Shown here: piece after piece, positions 14,283 to 23,388 of the stretch
Layout: each line of letters begins with the position of its first letter
Position numbering within the stretch: position 1 is the first letter of the stretch
From: an uncultured Candidatus Nitrosotenuis sp.
GTDB lineage: Archaea > Thermoproteota > Nitrososphaeria > Nitrososphaerales > Nitrosopumilaceae
Assembly: GCA_964449865.1 (NCBI GenBank)
Contig: CAYVBR010000015.1
Span: 173,341-205,340 of the forward strand
Direction: 5' to 3'
Length of the DNA stretch: 32,000 nucleotides
Notes under the pieces: model-generated
Seen by the model: the letters and a program-made list of their open reading frames with translations, nothing else
The model's database searches: none
Told to the model about the DNA's origin: nothing
Program-made: the position numbers and the translations under genes

Positions 14283-17200
14283 GTGTTTATCAGCCAGTCT
14301 TGGCAAATCAATCTTGGCGTGAATAAACTAATTGTATTGTTACTATCCTCAGTTCTCATCCTGACATCTTTTCACGCTGATGCAAATGCCGCAACCGTTC
14401 CAGATGCCCCGCCAGGACTTACAGTTACTGCCGTATCGCCAACACAGATCAACCTTTTCTGGTCTACCCCAAATGATGGCCAATCAAGTATCACCGGATA
14501 CAAGATAGAATACCGCGTAGGCTCTGGTTCTTACTCCATCTTGGTTGCAAACACTGCCAGCACATCAACTACCTACTCGCACACTGGGCTGACGACTGAT
14601 CAAACCTACACGTATCATGTATATGCAATCAACTCAATTGGGACAAGTGCATCTTCATCGGATGCATCTGCAACTCCAACGTCTACATCTACTGGGACAA
14701 ACCCTGGAGCACCAACCGAACTTTCGGCTGTTCCTGCGTCTCCAACTCAAGTAAACCTGTCCTGGTCTGCCCCGTCAAACAACGGAGGATATCCAATCAC
14801 TGGATACCGAATAGAGTACCGCGTCGGCTCAAGCTCTTACAATACTCTGGCATCAAACACTGCCAGCACATCAACTACATACTCGCACACTGGTCTGACC
14901 ACCGGCCAAGTTTACATTTACCGCGTATTTGCAATTACCTCATTTGGAACTAGTATACTGTCATCCTCTGAGGCAGTGGCACAACCCCAATCGTCATCTG
15001 CACTAGCTGCCCCTGGCGCACCTACTGGCCTTGCGGCAATACCTGTCTCATCAACTCAAGTAAACCTGTCCTGGTCTCCACCGTCAAACAACGGCGGTGC
15101 TGCCGTCACTGGTTACAAAATTGAAGCTAAATCTGGCTCCGGCTCTTATTCTACTCTGGCATCAAACACTGCCAGCACATCAACTACATACTCGCACACT
15201 GGACTTGTGACTGGAACTGCTTACACGTACAAGGTTTCTGCTATCAACTCTGTCGGAACTGGTACTGCATCATCTGAAGTATCTGCAACCCCTACGTCTT
15301 CATCGTCGGCATCTGCTCCGAGCGCACCGACAAGCCTGACTGCGACTAGTGTCTCTTCAACTCAGAACAACCTATCATGGTCTGCCCCGTCAAACAACGG
15401 CGGCTATCCGATCACCGGATACAAAATAGAATACCGCATAGGCTCCGGCTCTTACTCTGTCTTGGTTGCAAACACTGCCAGCACATCAACTGCATACTCG
15501 CACACCGGATTAAGCGCTGGACAAACCTATGTTTACCGCGTTTCTGCAATTAATTCAATTGGAACCGGAAGCGCATCTGCAGAATCTTCTACTACTCCGT
15601 CTTCATCAAGCATCCCGAGTGCACCAACTGGATTTACTGCCACTACGGCGTCTCCAACTCAGATAAACCTGTCCTGGTCTCCACCGTCAAACAACGGCGG
15701 CACTGCCGTCACTGGTTACAAAATTGAGGCAAAGAAAGGCTCCGGCTCTTATGAAACACTGGTATCAAACACACAAAGTTCTGCAACGTCATTTGTCCAC
15801 ACTGGATTGACAAAAGGCACCATCTATTATTACCGCGTTTCTGCAATCAATTCAGCTGGAACTGGCCCTTCAAGCGATGCGTCTGCAACGCCTCAAGAAA
15901 CAACAGCGCCTGCACTTACCGCGACAGCTGTGTCTCCAACTGCGATTACTTTGACATGGGTTCCGCCGTCACAAACATACAAGCAACAAATCACCGGCTA
16001 CAAGATAGACGAAAAAATAGGCTCGGACTCATACAAGATCATAATTGAGAACACTGGTTCTACCGCAACGACCTATTCCATCACCGGACTTACAACTGGG
16101 AAATTACACACCTATGTTGTCTCAGCTTACTTTACTCTGGGCGGAAGCCCAATTTCAAACGAGGCATCTGCAACACCACTTGCCACCTCGACTCCACCGC
16201 AATCCCAGTCAAACACAAATCCTCCTGGAACGCCGACTGGCCTTGTCGCAACGGCAGCATCTCCAACAAAAATTAACCTGTCCTGGTCTGCCCCGTCAAA
16301 CACTGGCGGCTCTTCCATAACTGGATATAAAATCGAGGTAAAGAAGAACCAGGGCCAATTTGAAACACTCACGTCTAGCACCCAAAACTCTACTACGAAA
16401 TACTCGCATACCGGCCTAACAACTGGTGATGCCTATGCCTACAGAGTTTATGCGATTAACTCAGTTGGAATAAGTTCATCATCCTCTGAGGCATCTGCAA
16501 CACCGTCTGCAGTTTCTGCACACGCGCCTAGTGCACCAATCCTTACTATCACTCACAATACAAATCAGGCAAATCTCTTGTGGTCTGCTCCCTCAAATGA
16601 TGGCGGGGCACCAATCACCGGATACAAGATAGAATACAAAATTGGTTTTGGTTCCTACATGACTTTGATTAACAAGGCAACTGGCACTTCATATTCCCAC
16701 ACTGGATTGTTGGCAAACACCTATTCTTACAGGGTCTATGCGATCAACTCTGCTGGGGCAAGCTCCCCGTCAAACGAGATTTCCGTTGTGATTGCAGCAC
16801 CAACAAAGCCCACGACGCCTACCATTCCAGAGGAGCCTGAGACTCCAGAAGAGCCTGAAACGCCTACTGAAGAGCCGGAAACCCCAAAAACACACATTCC
16901 TGGATTCCCAGACCCTTCACGAGACCCACAATATTACGTGGATAGATACCAAAACGAGCCTGAATTTACGGCATGGTTTGACAAAAACTTCCCAGGTGAA
17001 TCAATCTATGATGTGGTGGGAGCAGTTGACCCTAACAAAAAGGAGATAATCACGACACACATTCCTGGATTCCCGGATCCTGCCAAGGACTCTGAATACT
17101 ACATTTACCTATACAAAAACGAACCATCGTTCAAAACGTGGTTTGATGAAAACTTCAAAGGCCAAACAATCTATGCGCTATTCAAAGTACCGGAGCCGAC

Positions 17201-17666
17201 TCTTGACACTACAAAATGTGGAGCTGGAACTCATCTTGATGGCGGGGTCTGCGTACTTGATGCGGCAAAAGGCGGCGGATGCCTCATTGCAACTGCAGCA
17301 TATGGGACTGAACTATCCTCCCAAGTGCAGCAACTGCGAGAAGTACGCGACAACGTCTTACTAAACACTGAATCTGGAACCATTTTCATGACTGGGTTCA
17401 ACCAGTTTTACTATTCGTTTAGCCCAACTGTGGCAGATTTGGAGCGACAGAGCCCTATTTTCAAAGAAATTGTAAAGATCACCATATCTCCAATGCTTTT
17501 TACACTGCAGATTCTCAATAATGTGGATTCTGAATCTGAAGTGGCATGGTATGGGCTGGGAATAATCCTGCTTAATGCCGGAATCTATCTTGGAATTCCA
17601 GCTTTTTCTATCTTGACCATAAAAAATGGATCAAAAATCAGAAACTTTGTGTCCAAAAGGCAATAA
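14283..17666 (+). CDS. Large secreted surface protein with 8 fibronectin type III repeats, a PE-rich linker, a duplicated HIPGFPDP module and a C-terminal Cys motif plus TM anchor. The likely start is GTG at 14319.
   Basis: The signal peptide NKLIVLLLSSVLILTSFHADANA follows the GTG at 14319. Eight ~96-aa units each contain P-x-AP...LSWS-x-PSNNGG-x-ITGYKIEY...YSHTGL...Y-x-YRV-x-AIN. The linker is PEEPETPEEPETPTEEPETP. The C-terminus has GGGCLIATAAYGTE and a hydrophobic tail. Confidence 0.85.
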   Translation: MFISQSWQINLGVNKLIVLLLSSVLILTSFHADANAATVPDAPPGLTVTAVSPTQINLFWSTPNDGQSSITGYKIEYRVGSGSYSILVANTASTSTTYSHTGLTTDQTYTYHVYAINSIGTSASSSDASATPTSTSTGTNPGAPTELSAVPASPTQVNLSWSAPSNNGGYPITGYRIEYRVGSSSYNTLASNTASTSTTYSHTGLTTGQVYIYRVFAITSFGTSILSSSEAVAQPQSSSALAAPGAPTGLAAIPVSSTQVNLSWSPPSNNGGAAVTGYKIEAKSGSGSYSTLASNTASTSTTYSHTGLVTGTAYTYKVSAINSVGTGTASSEVSATPTSSSSASAPSAPTSLTATSVSSTQNNLSWSAPSNNGGYPITGYKIEYRIGSGSYSVLVANTASTSTAYSHTGLSAGQTYVYRVSAINSIGTGSASAESSTTPSSSSIPSAPTGFTATTASPTQINLSWSPPSNNGGTAVTGYKIEAKKGSGSYETLVSNTQSSATSFVHTGLTKGTIYYYRVSAINSAGTGPSSDASATPQETTAPALTATAVSPTAITLTWVPPSQTYKQQITGYKIDEKIGSDSYKIIIENTGSTATTYSITGLTTGKLHTYVVSAYFTLGGSPISNEASATPLATSTPPQSQSNTNPPGTPTGLVATAASPTKINLSWSAPSNTGGSSITGYKIEVKKNQGQFETLTSSTQNSTTKYSHTGLTTGDAYAYRVYAINSVGISSSSSEASATPSAVSAHAPSAPILTITHNTNQANLLWSAPSNDGGAPITGYKIEYKIGFGSYMTLINKATGTSYSHTGLLANTYSYRVYAINSAGASSPSNEISVVIAAPTKPTTPTIPEEPETPEEPETPTEEPETPKTHIPGFPDPSRDPQYYVDRYQNEPEFTAWFDKNFPGESIYDVVGAVDPNKKEIITTHIPGFPDPAKDSEYYIYLYKNEPSFKTWFDENFKGQTIYALFKVPEPTLDTTKCGAGTHLDGGVCVLDAAKGGGCLIATAAYGTELSSQVQQLREVRDNVLLNTESGTIFMTGFNQFYYSFSPTVADLERQSPIFKEIVKITISPMLFTLQILNNVDSESEVAWYGLGIILLNAGIYLGIPAFSILTIKNGSKIRNFVSKRQ
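14394..16795 (+). repeat. Tandem ~288-bp coding repeats (FN3 units) with long near-identical DNA stretches
   Basis: For example, aacactgccagcacatcaactacMtactcgcacacYgg recurs in units 1-4. The stretch ccgtcaaacaacggcgg recurs in units 2-5. Confidence 0.8.
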
Positions 17667-18103
17667 ATCTACTTCAAAAAACGATCATTGGACAATTTTA
17701 GAACGAAAACAACTCGATCACAAAAATAAGAATCCAAAAACATGATCATGTGCGATGTCATTTTTACTGTCTCTGAAATTTCTTTGTCTGGTGATGTCAT
17801 CTAAACTAGATCGCGATTTTTTACTTTGTTCAAAAACATTTTTGCAACATCTGACCGATCTTTTTTTGTAATTGATTTTATTTTTTCAAAACCAAATCAA
17901 AAAATTTGAAAATCAGCATGTTTAATAGCATACAAAAAACTTACAGGTATGGCTACAAAAGCAAAAGCAAAAAAATCATCTGCTAAATCCAAGAGCAAGA
18001 AAAAATAAAAGCGACCTTAAAAAAAGGTCCACCTTTTTTCATGCCTCACAAGTTATTTCATCTACAACAAATTTTTTAAAACAAAAAATGTAATGTAATA
18101 ACT

Positions 18104-18292
18104 GTGAAAAAATCTGAACTAAAAAAACTGGTTTCAGAATACCAAAACCTAAAACTCCGCCTAAACAAGCCCAATTTTCAGCATACTGGTGCCTTGTTGG
18201 AAAAGCTTGGAGAAATAAAACATCGGTATTTTCATGAAACTGGAAATGACATAGAATCAGATTTAAAATCACGCGCTTTGCATGACTGCTGA
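18104..18292 (+). CDS. Hypothetical protein (62 aa, GTG start)
   Basis: This rests on the ORF only. The sequence is helical and charged. Confidence 0.35.
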   Translation: MKKSELKKLVSEYQNLKLRLNKPNFQHTGALLEKLGEIKHRYFHETGNDIESDLKSRALHDC

Positions 18293-18293
18293 T

Positions 18294-18416
18294 TTATGGA
18301 AATACTGCCCGCTCTTTTGCAATGCCTGCTATTCCGTATGTGCATTCCAAAGAACAATACTTGCTGTCCGGCGGCATCCCATCTAGGCTTTTTCCGCACG
18401 ACTTACAGTTGTCCAT
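18294..18416 (-). CDS. Small zinc-ribbon protein (40 aa from internal Met; DUF2116-like pattern)
   Basis: The sequence MDNCKSCGKSLDGMPPDSKYCSLEC fits C-x2-C-G-K...(Y/F)-C-S-x2-C. The upstream part of the 70-aa track ORF looks non-coding. Confidence 0.5.
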   Translation of the reverse strand: MDNCKSCGKSLDGMPPDSKYCSLECTYGIAGIAKERAVFP

Positions 18417-18548
18417 GAGTTTGTCCAGTACATTGATCTTATAAGATAATTTAATTTCAAAATAAACAGACAAGCATATCTCTTTCTGAATGACGCTAGT
18501 GCACAACGATAGGAACTTTCAAAAAGCTATGAAATTCAAAAATATTGG

Positions 18549-19328
18549 ATGAAAATTTATCACGCGGTATTATTTGTGATAATTGCAATAATTGTCATCT
18601 ACTACATAGTAAGCGCGTTTGTTTTGCAGCAGCAGGCAATCAACAAGCAGTCCGTCTATGTCCACCTCCTCCAAGACTGGAGGAGCTACCCAGGGAACAT
18701 TGTATATGACATAACAAATGTCTGGTCGCAAACAAGTGAGCAGACCCTCAAGCCGGAAATAAGACTGGAGATGGCAAAAGAAACAAGCGTTGACGAAGTA
18801 CGGTCAGTCCATGGAAAATCATACACACTGGTCCAGCATGATAACACCAACTGCCACGATGTATGGGAGCCACACTATGCGAGATTTGGAGCAGATGTGG
18901 TGCGTCATCAGATAGAATATCTCGCAGGAAAACAAAAGAATCCTGACCCGAACATTACGCTGTATGTGCCAGTCAAAAGTAAGCAAGATGACCAGGAACA
19001 TGAAGACGAACTAAAAACTGGTTTTTCACAGTTCATCCCAATCTGCACTTCAAAAAATGTTTCCTCGTTTGATTACAGTGTAAGAATAAATGATAACTCT
19101 GTCGGCTTTGATGTTTATTTTGTGCCGTCCGTATCTGAGCAAGCAAACTATGATGAGCAAAACGGAAAATTCAAACACTATGAAGCAGAAGGATGCTTTG
19201 GAAAAAACTATGTGAGCTTTAGCGGTACATGCGACGGCGTGGATAAAGATTCTGGACTCTTGATTGTAATTCCAGATGATCTTACGCTTCCGTTGACAAA
19301 GATGGACATATACCTGTATGAAAAATGA
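18549..19328 (+). CDS. Membrane-anchored hypothetical protein (259 aa)
   Basis: The N-terminal TM helix is AVLFVIIAIIVIYYIVSAFVL. The remaining domain is soluble and carries several Cys. Confidence 0.65.
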   Translation: MKIYHAVLFVIIAIIVIYYIVSAFVLQQQAINKQSVYVHLLQDWRSYPGNIVYDITNVWSQTSEQTLKPEIRLEMAKETSVDEVRSVHGKSYTLVQHDNTNCHDVWEPHYARFGADVVRHQIEYLAGKQKNPDPNITLYVPVKSKQDDQEHEDELKTGFSQFIPICTSKNVSSFDYSVRINDNSVGFDVYFVPSVSEQANYDEQNGKFKHYEAEGCFGKNYVSFSGTCDGVDKDSGLLIVIPDDLTLPLTKMDIYLYEK

Positions 19329-19371
19329 CATTTGGATAATAATTTTAATTGCAGTGTGTGGTGACTAGTAC

Positions 19372-19827
19372 ATGAAAGCAACATTTGGAGCAGGCTGTTT
19401 CTGGTGTGTGGAGGACATATTTAGAAAAACAAAAGGGGTTACATCAACTGCCGTAGGATACAGCGGAGGATGGCAAAAAAACCCGACATATGAAGACGTG
19501 TGCACCGATATGACTGGACATGCAGAAGTAGTGCAAGTAGAGTTTGATCCGTCTGTGTTGCCATACGAGAAACTATTGGACGTGTTTTGGCAATCTCATG
19601 ATCCTACACTGCTTAACCGTCAGGGGCCAGATGTTGGCAAGCAGTACCGATCGGTGATATTTTGTCACGGTGAAGGCCAAGAAAAGATTGCAAGGCACTC
19701 AAAAGAAAATCTGGATACATCGGGCAAGCTCGGCAAAAAAATAGTCACTGAAATCAAACCTGCAGGTGAATTTTACAAGGCGGAGGAATACCATCAGCAG
19801 TATTATGCGAAATGCGGCCTTGGATAG
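19372..19827 (+). CDS. msrA: Peptide methionine (S)-sulfoxide reductase MsrA
   Basis: The active-site motif GAGCFWCVE is near the N-terminus, followed by [16 protein letters not shown] and the EYHQQY tail. Confidence 0.93.
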   Translation: MKATFGAGCFWCVEDIFRKTKGVTSTAVGYSGGWQKNPTYEDVCTDMTGHAEVVQVEFDPSVLPYEKLLDVFWQSHDPTLLNRQGPDVGKQYRSVIFCHGEGQEKIARHSKENLDTSGKLGKKIVTEIKPAGEFYKAEEYHQQYYAKCGLG

Positions 19828-19946
19828 ATGATTTATTCGCGGCTTTTTTATACAAAAATGCGCTTACCTGATTTAGATAGATGGGATTAATGCCGTGCCA
19901 GACCATCCCAACCCATCTATCAACACAAAATACTGATAAATCATAA

Positions 19947-20174
19947 GTGATTCTTTTAAGCAAAAGTTCACCTCATTCGTGTATGAGTTTGGAATCTGTT
20001 GTAATTCTGCCGCCTTACTGGTTTGTGCCTGGAACATCTGACCCCATTCCACTAAAGGACAGAATTGAAAAGCTAGTGGAAATGCGCCAGAGAATCACCT
20101 CTGAAATAACATTCCTGCAGTCATTGCTCGCAAAACAAGGCAAATTCCGTTTAATTCCGAATGCTGGAAATTAA
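19947..20174 (+). CDS. Hypothetical protein (75 aa; start uncertain)
   Basis: This rests on the ORF only. The C-terminal half is helical. Confidence 0.3.
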   Translation: MILLSKSSPHSCMSLESVVILPPYWFVPGTSDPIPLKDRIEKLVEMRQRITSEITFLQSLLAKQGKFRLIPNAGN

Positions 20175-20238
20175 GCCATGTTTCCATTTTTGGAATTTCA
20201 TAGTTAATTTATTATTTCATTTTTTAGACTTTATACAC

Positions 20239-20340
20239 GTGAAGTGCAAAAACTGTGGGAAAGAGTTCCAAAATCGGGCGTCTGTTTTTTGTTCTACTGT
20301 GTGCGCTGTAAATCACGCTGAAAACGCTACTGCAAATTAG
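20239..20340 (+). CDS. Small zinc-ribbon protein (33 aa, GTG start; DUF2116-like pattern), not in ORF track
   Basis: My hand translation is (M)KCKNCGKEFQNRASVFCSTVCAVNHAENATAN*. It has the same C-x2-C-G-K...F-C-S-x2-C pattern as the ORF at 18294..18416. Confidence 0.45.
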   Translation: MKCKNCGKEFQNRASVFCSTVCAVNHAENATAN

Positions 20341-20375
20341 AATAACTTATCAAAAGGGCTTGGGCAATCTTTTGT

Positions 20376-20774
20376 ATGAAATATTACGGTTTTGCGGTAT
20401 TTGCGTTACTGTTTTTGTCAATGGCACATAATGTCTATGCTGACTCACAAATCATACTTGGTGACAAACAGAAAACAAAATCAATCGAGGTTGGAAAGCA
20501 AGTGCAAATCACCGCAGACCTGAGAAACAATCAGGACATTGAGCAAGATTTTGCATATATTGTACAAATACAGAACGAGGACGGTGTCACGATATCTCTT
20601 TCATGGCTGACTGGGAAACTGGTTCCGGCACAATCGTTTAGCCCAGCACTATCCTGGACTCCAAATTTGGCCGGAACATACACTGCAACAATATTTGTCT
20701 GGGAAAGCATCGACGATCCCTCTGCACTGTCTCCTACACTTACGTTGACATTAAACGTAGGACAATCTGTGTAG
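20376..20774 (+). CDS. Secreted hypothetical protein (132 aa)
   Basis: The signal peptide is FAVFALLFLSMAHNVYA. The mature part is beta-rich. Confidence 0.65.
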   Translation: MKYYGFAVFALLFLSMAHNVYADSQIILGDKQKTKSIEVGKQVQITADLRNNQDIEQDFAYIVQIQNEDGVTISLSWLTGKLVPAQSFSPALSWTPNLAGTYTATIFVWESIDDPSALSPTLTLTLNVGQSV

Positions 20775-20787
20775 ACCTTACCAAACC

Positions 20788-21153
20788 ATGGAACTGCAAT
20801 TTGAAAAAGAGTCAAGCGATGTTCGGGGAAAAATACTGATGCTCAGATACGGCGAGAAAAGGATCAATCTTGTGGAAACGAAAAAGGGGTTCTCACGCGG
20901 AGGGCATTATCACAGTTTTGAGTCAAAACACATTTTGATGTCTGGAATTATAGAATACAGGGAAAAAAATCTGCAAACAAATGTGGAAAACACACAAACT
21001 CATTCTGCACCTTTCGTTGTAGTTACGCCCCCGATGACACCTCACATGATTACTGCCGTTACTGACTCTGTCTTCGCTGAAGAATTTGAGCAAGACTATT
21101 CGGCAACCGACTATCCTGAATACCGAACGCTCATCACACAAAAGATGATCTGA
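20788..21153 (+). CDS. Cupin-fold protein (WxcM/FdtA-like signature), 121 aa
   Basis: The motif RGGHYH is followed by ILMSGIIEY, a typical cupin motif-1 region. The stop overlaps the next gene's ATG. Confidence 0.5.
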   Translation: MELQFEKESSDVRGKILMLRYGEKRINLVETKKGFSRGGHYHSFESKHILMSGIIEYREKNLQTNVENTQTHSAPFVVVTPPMTPHMITAVTDSVFAEEFEQDYSATDYPEYRTLITQKMI

Positions 21154-21641
21154 TGTTCTCTATCTGGGTGGAGCCAACGGAAAAAGATGCAAAATACCTA
21201 CTGCAAATAATTTGCAGACTGGGGAAAAAATACGATTCTCCGACATTTAATCCGCACATCACCGTGTATAGCGGAGTGAAAAGCATATCTTCTGCAAAAT
21301 CTGCCGTCAAAAACTGCAAGAACATGAGAAAATTTGCGGTAAATTCCACTGATCTGGAGTTTTCTGATAGTCTGTGGAAAACTGTATTTATCAATGTGGA
21401 AAAAAATCAAAAACTAAAACAAATCCATGCTGTCATAAGGAAAAGCATCCGACAAAGCCCTGAATATGCTTTAAACCCACACATAAGTCTGATATACAAA
21501 AAGATGGACGCATCTGAAAAACAGGTAATAATAGATGACTTGAAAATAAAACAAAAATTCACGTTTGACAAAATAACTATAATTGCATCGTCTAAGAATG
21601 TGGAAAAATGGGACGTAGTTGATCGTGTAACCTTACAATGA
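21153..21641 (+). CDS. 2H phosphoesterase superfamily protein (LigT / cyclic phosphodiesterase-like)
   Basis: Two H-x-T/S-x motifs are suitably spaced: NPHITVYS and NPHISLIY. Confidence 0.7.
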   Translation: MFSIWVEPTEKDAKYLLQIICRLGKKYDSPTFNPHITVYSGVKSISSAKSAVKNCKNMRKFAVNSTDLEFSDSLWKTVFINVEKNQKLKQIHAVIRKSIRQSPEYALNPHISLIYKKMDASEKQVIIDDLKIKQKFTFDKITIIASSKNVEKWDVVDRVTLQ

Positions 21642-21738
21642 AATTGTTTCCGTGAATCCGTGTGGTGTATGTTTTGTTAAATTAATTCAAGTTTTTAGTT
21701 ATTAAAATACTAGGTCTGTATAGGAAAACGGGAGAAAC

Positions 21739-23298
21739 ATGGCAATTCTGTCGCCAGATGAAGCTCAGTCTTTTGTTGAGAAGCTAATAGCTTCCGGTAG
21801 GGGTGATTATGGAAGACTGTTTCACATTTTAACTGCGCTAAAACAAGGAAGGGGCCTTTATGATTCTGATAAAAAATACTTGAATGCAAAGCTTGCAGCC
21901 GAAATAGGGGTTGCCCAAAAACCCGTAGTCGAGGAAAGCCTACTTGCAAAGGTCCAGAACCTGATAACTACCGGAAACGGCGACATTGGCAGGCTGCAAT
22001 TCATCTTGGAGAGCATTCAGCAGGGAAAAACGCTTTATCGCTCAGACCTGACATATCTTGAAAAAAAGATCGGAGAAAAAGTCAACCTAAATGACTTGCA
22101 CCAAGATGCTGACTCGAGCAAAACAATTGAAACACTCAAGTCGCAAGTGACACTTGCAAACCAAAAGATAACAAACCTCGAATCTATACTAAATGAGAAA
22201 GTCATCAAACTTGGAGATGCAAAACTCGATGCTGCCCCACAAAGACCAAAGTCAATACCTGGCGCAATGCCAAAAGGCTGGGTTGCACCAGCGCAACCAA
22301 ATGAGTTGGAGCAAGTCAAAAGCCAAATCCTGCATGAACAAGAAAAACTAAATGAGAAAAAAACAGAGGCAGACGAGCTAAAAGTTGAACAATCAAAACT
22401 GATGCAAATAATTCTGAACAGGCAGGAATTTGAAAAACAAGTGAAAATAGAGCACGCACGACTTGAGAAGCAAATTGAGATGGAAAGAAAAAGTGTCTTG
22501 GAGCAAACGAAACTAGTCGAACAAATCAAATCCCAAGAGTCCGAACTGGAAAACGCAAAAAAAATACGCGACGAAATAGTTTTACATCTGCAACAAGAGC
22601 AAGCCCGCCTGTCCGACGATCTTCAAAACCAGAAAGACACACTAAATCACGTCAAAGAAGAATATCAGAAAATTTCGTCAGAGATTACAAAAGAAGAACA
22701 GGAAATCGTGCAAAAAGTCCAAAACGAACGTCAAAAGTTGGCAGAACAGGCAAAGGCTGCCAAGCGCATCCAATCTGAAAAAGAGCGCCTTGAAAATATC
22801 CGTGCTGAGTCTGAATCTATTTTACTTGCCACAAAATCTCAAGAGTCCGAGCTTGCGTCTCAGGTCAAAAAAGAGTCTGCCAAAGTAGCCCAGCAGGCAA
22901 AACTGCTCAAAAATATCACAAACTATGAAAAGTATCTGTTGTCGTCTAAAGAAAAGCAATCCCTCCTTACGAGCAAAATCGAAGAACAAAAGAAAAAAAT
23001 CGCAAAAACCGTGTCCTCAATATCTAAAATAAATCAGGAAACTGAACTGTTGGATAAAATTATTCAGGAAAGAAAAGCACTGGAACAACAAATAGAGTCT
23101 ACTGAATCCGAGCTAAATGCTATCCGCAAGGAAAAATCAAGTCTTGAGAAGCAGATAATGGAACAAAAGTCCTCAATATCTAGCGCAAAAAAACTTGAAA
23201 CGCAAAAAATAAGGCAGTTAAAAAAACGTAAAAAAGAACTAGAGCAAGGAATAAAAAAAGAAGTAACTGGTCTGAAAAAAATCACAAACAAGCCCTAG
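21739..23298 (+). CDS. Long coiled-coil protein (519 aa) with a duplicated N-terminal motif
   Basis: The N-terminal repeats are GRGDYGRLFHILTALKQGRGLYDSDKKYL and GNGDIGRLQFILESIQQGKTLYRSDLTYL. They are followed by ~350 aa of E/K/Q-rich heptad-like sequence. Confidence 0.75.
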   Translation: MAILSPDEAQSFVEKLIASGRGDYGRLFHILTALKQGRGLYDSDKKYLNAKLAAEIGVAQKPVVEESLLAKVQNLITTGNGDIGRLQFILESIQQGKTLYRSDLTYLEKKIGEKVNLNDLHQDADSSKTIETLKSQVTLANQKITNLESILNEKVIKLGDAKLDAAPQRPKSIPGAMPKGWVAPAQPNELEQVKSQILHEQEKLNEKKTEADELKVEQSKLMQIILNRQEFEKQVKIEHARLEKQIEMERKSVLEQTKLVEQIKSQESELENAKKIRDEIVLHLQQEQARLSDDLQNQKDTLNHVKEEYQKISSEITKEEQEIVQKVQNERQKLAEQAKAAKRIQSEKERLENIRAESESILLATKSQESELASQVKKESAKVAQQAKLLKNITNYEKYLLSSKEKQSLLTSKIEEQKKKIAKTVSSISKINQETELLDKIIQERKALEQQIESTESELNAIRKEKSSLEKQIMEQKSSISSAKKLETQKIRQLKKRKKELEQGIKKEVTGLKKITNKP

Positions 23299-23388
23299 CT
23301 TCTGAATGCTTTTTTGCAACATTGTGTGACTGATCAAGTATAGTTATTTGCAAAATTTTTCAATAATTGCACACTGTTCTGACTCTTA

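Noticed and set aside
16045-17364. Alternative-frame and antisense ORFs (73-91 aa) lie inside the FN3 protein gene.
   Set aside because: They are embedded in a continuous 1127-aa ORF with clear domain structure, and their translations are low-complexity.
17741-17860. Possible C/D-box sRNA elements (atgatca, ctga, gtgatgt, ctga).
   Set aside because: The box order is roughly right, but the spacings (23 nt and more than 50 nt) do not fit the ~12-nt guide spacing of archaeal C/D sRNAs.
19876-19920. An inverted repeat gatagatggg ... cccatctatc lies downstream of msrA.
   Set aside because: It has a 10-bp stem with a ~25-nt loop. It could be a terminator or structured RNA, but it is a single weak hairpin with no further support.
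22035-23291. Minus-strand ORFs of 164 and 75 aa lie inside the coiled-coil gene.
   Set aside because: They are antisense to an E/K/Q-rich gene, which yields an open Phe/Ser/Cys-rich shadow frame.
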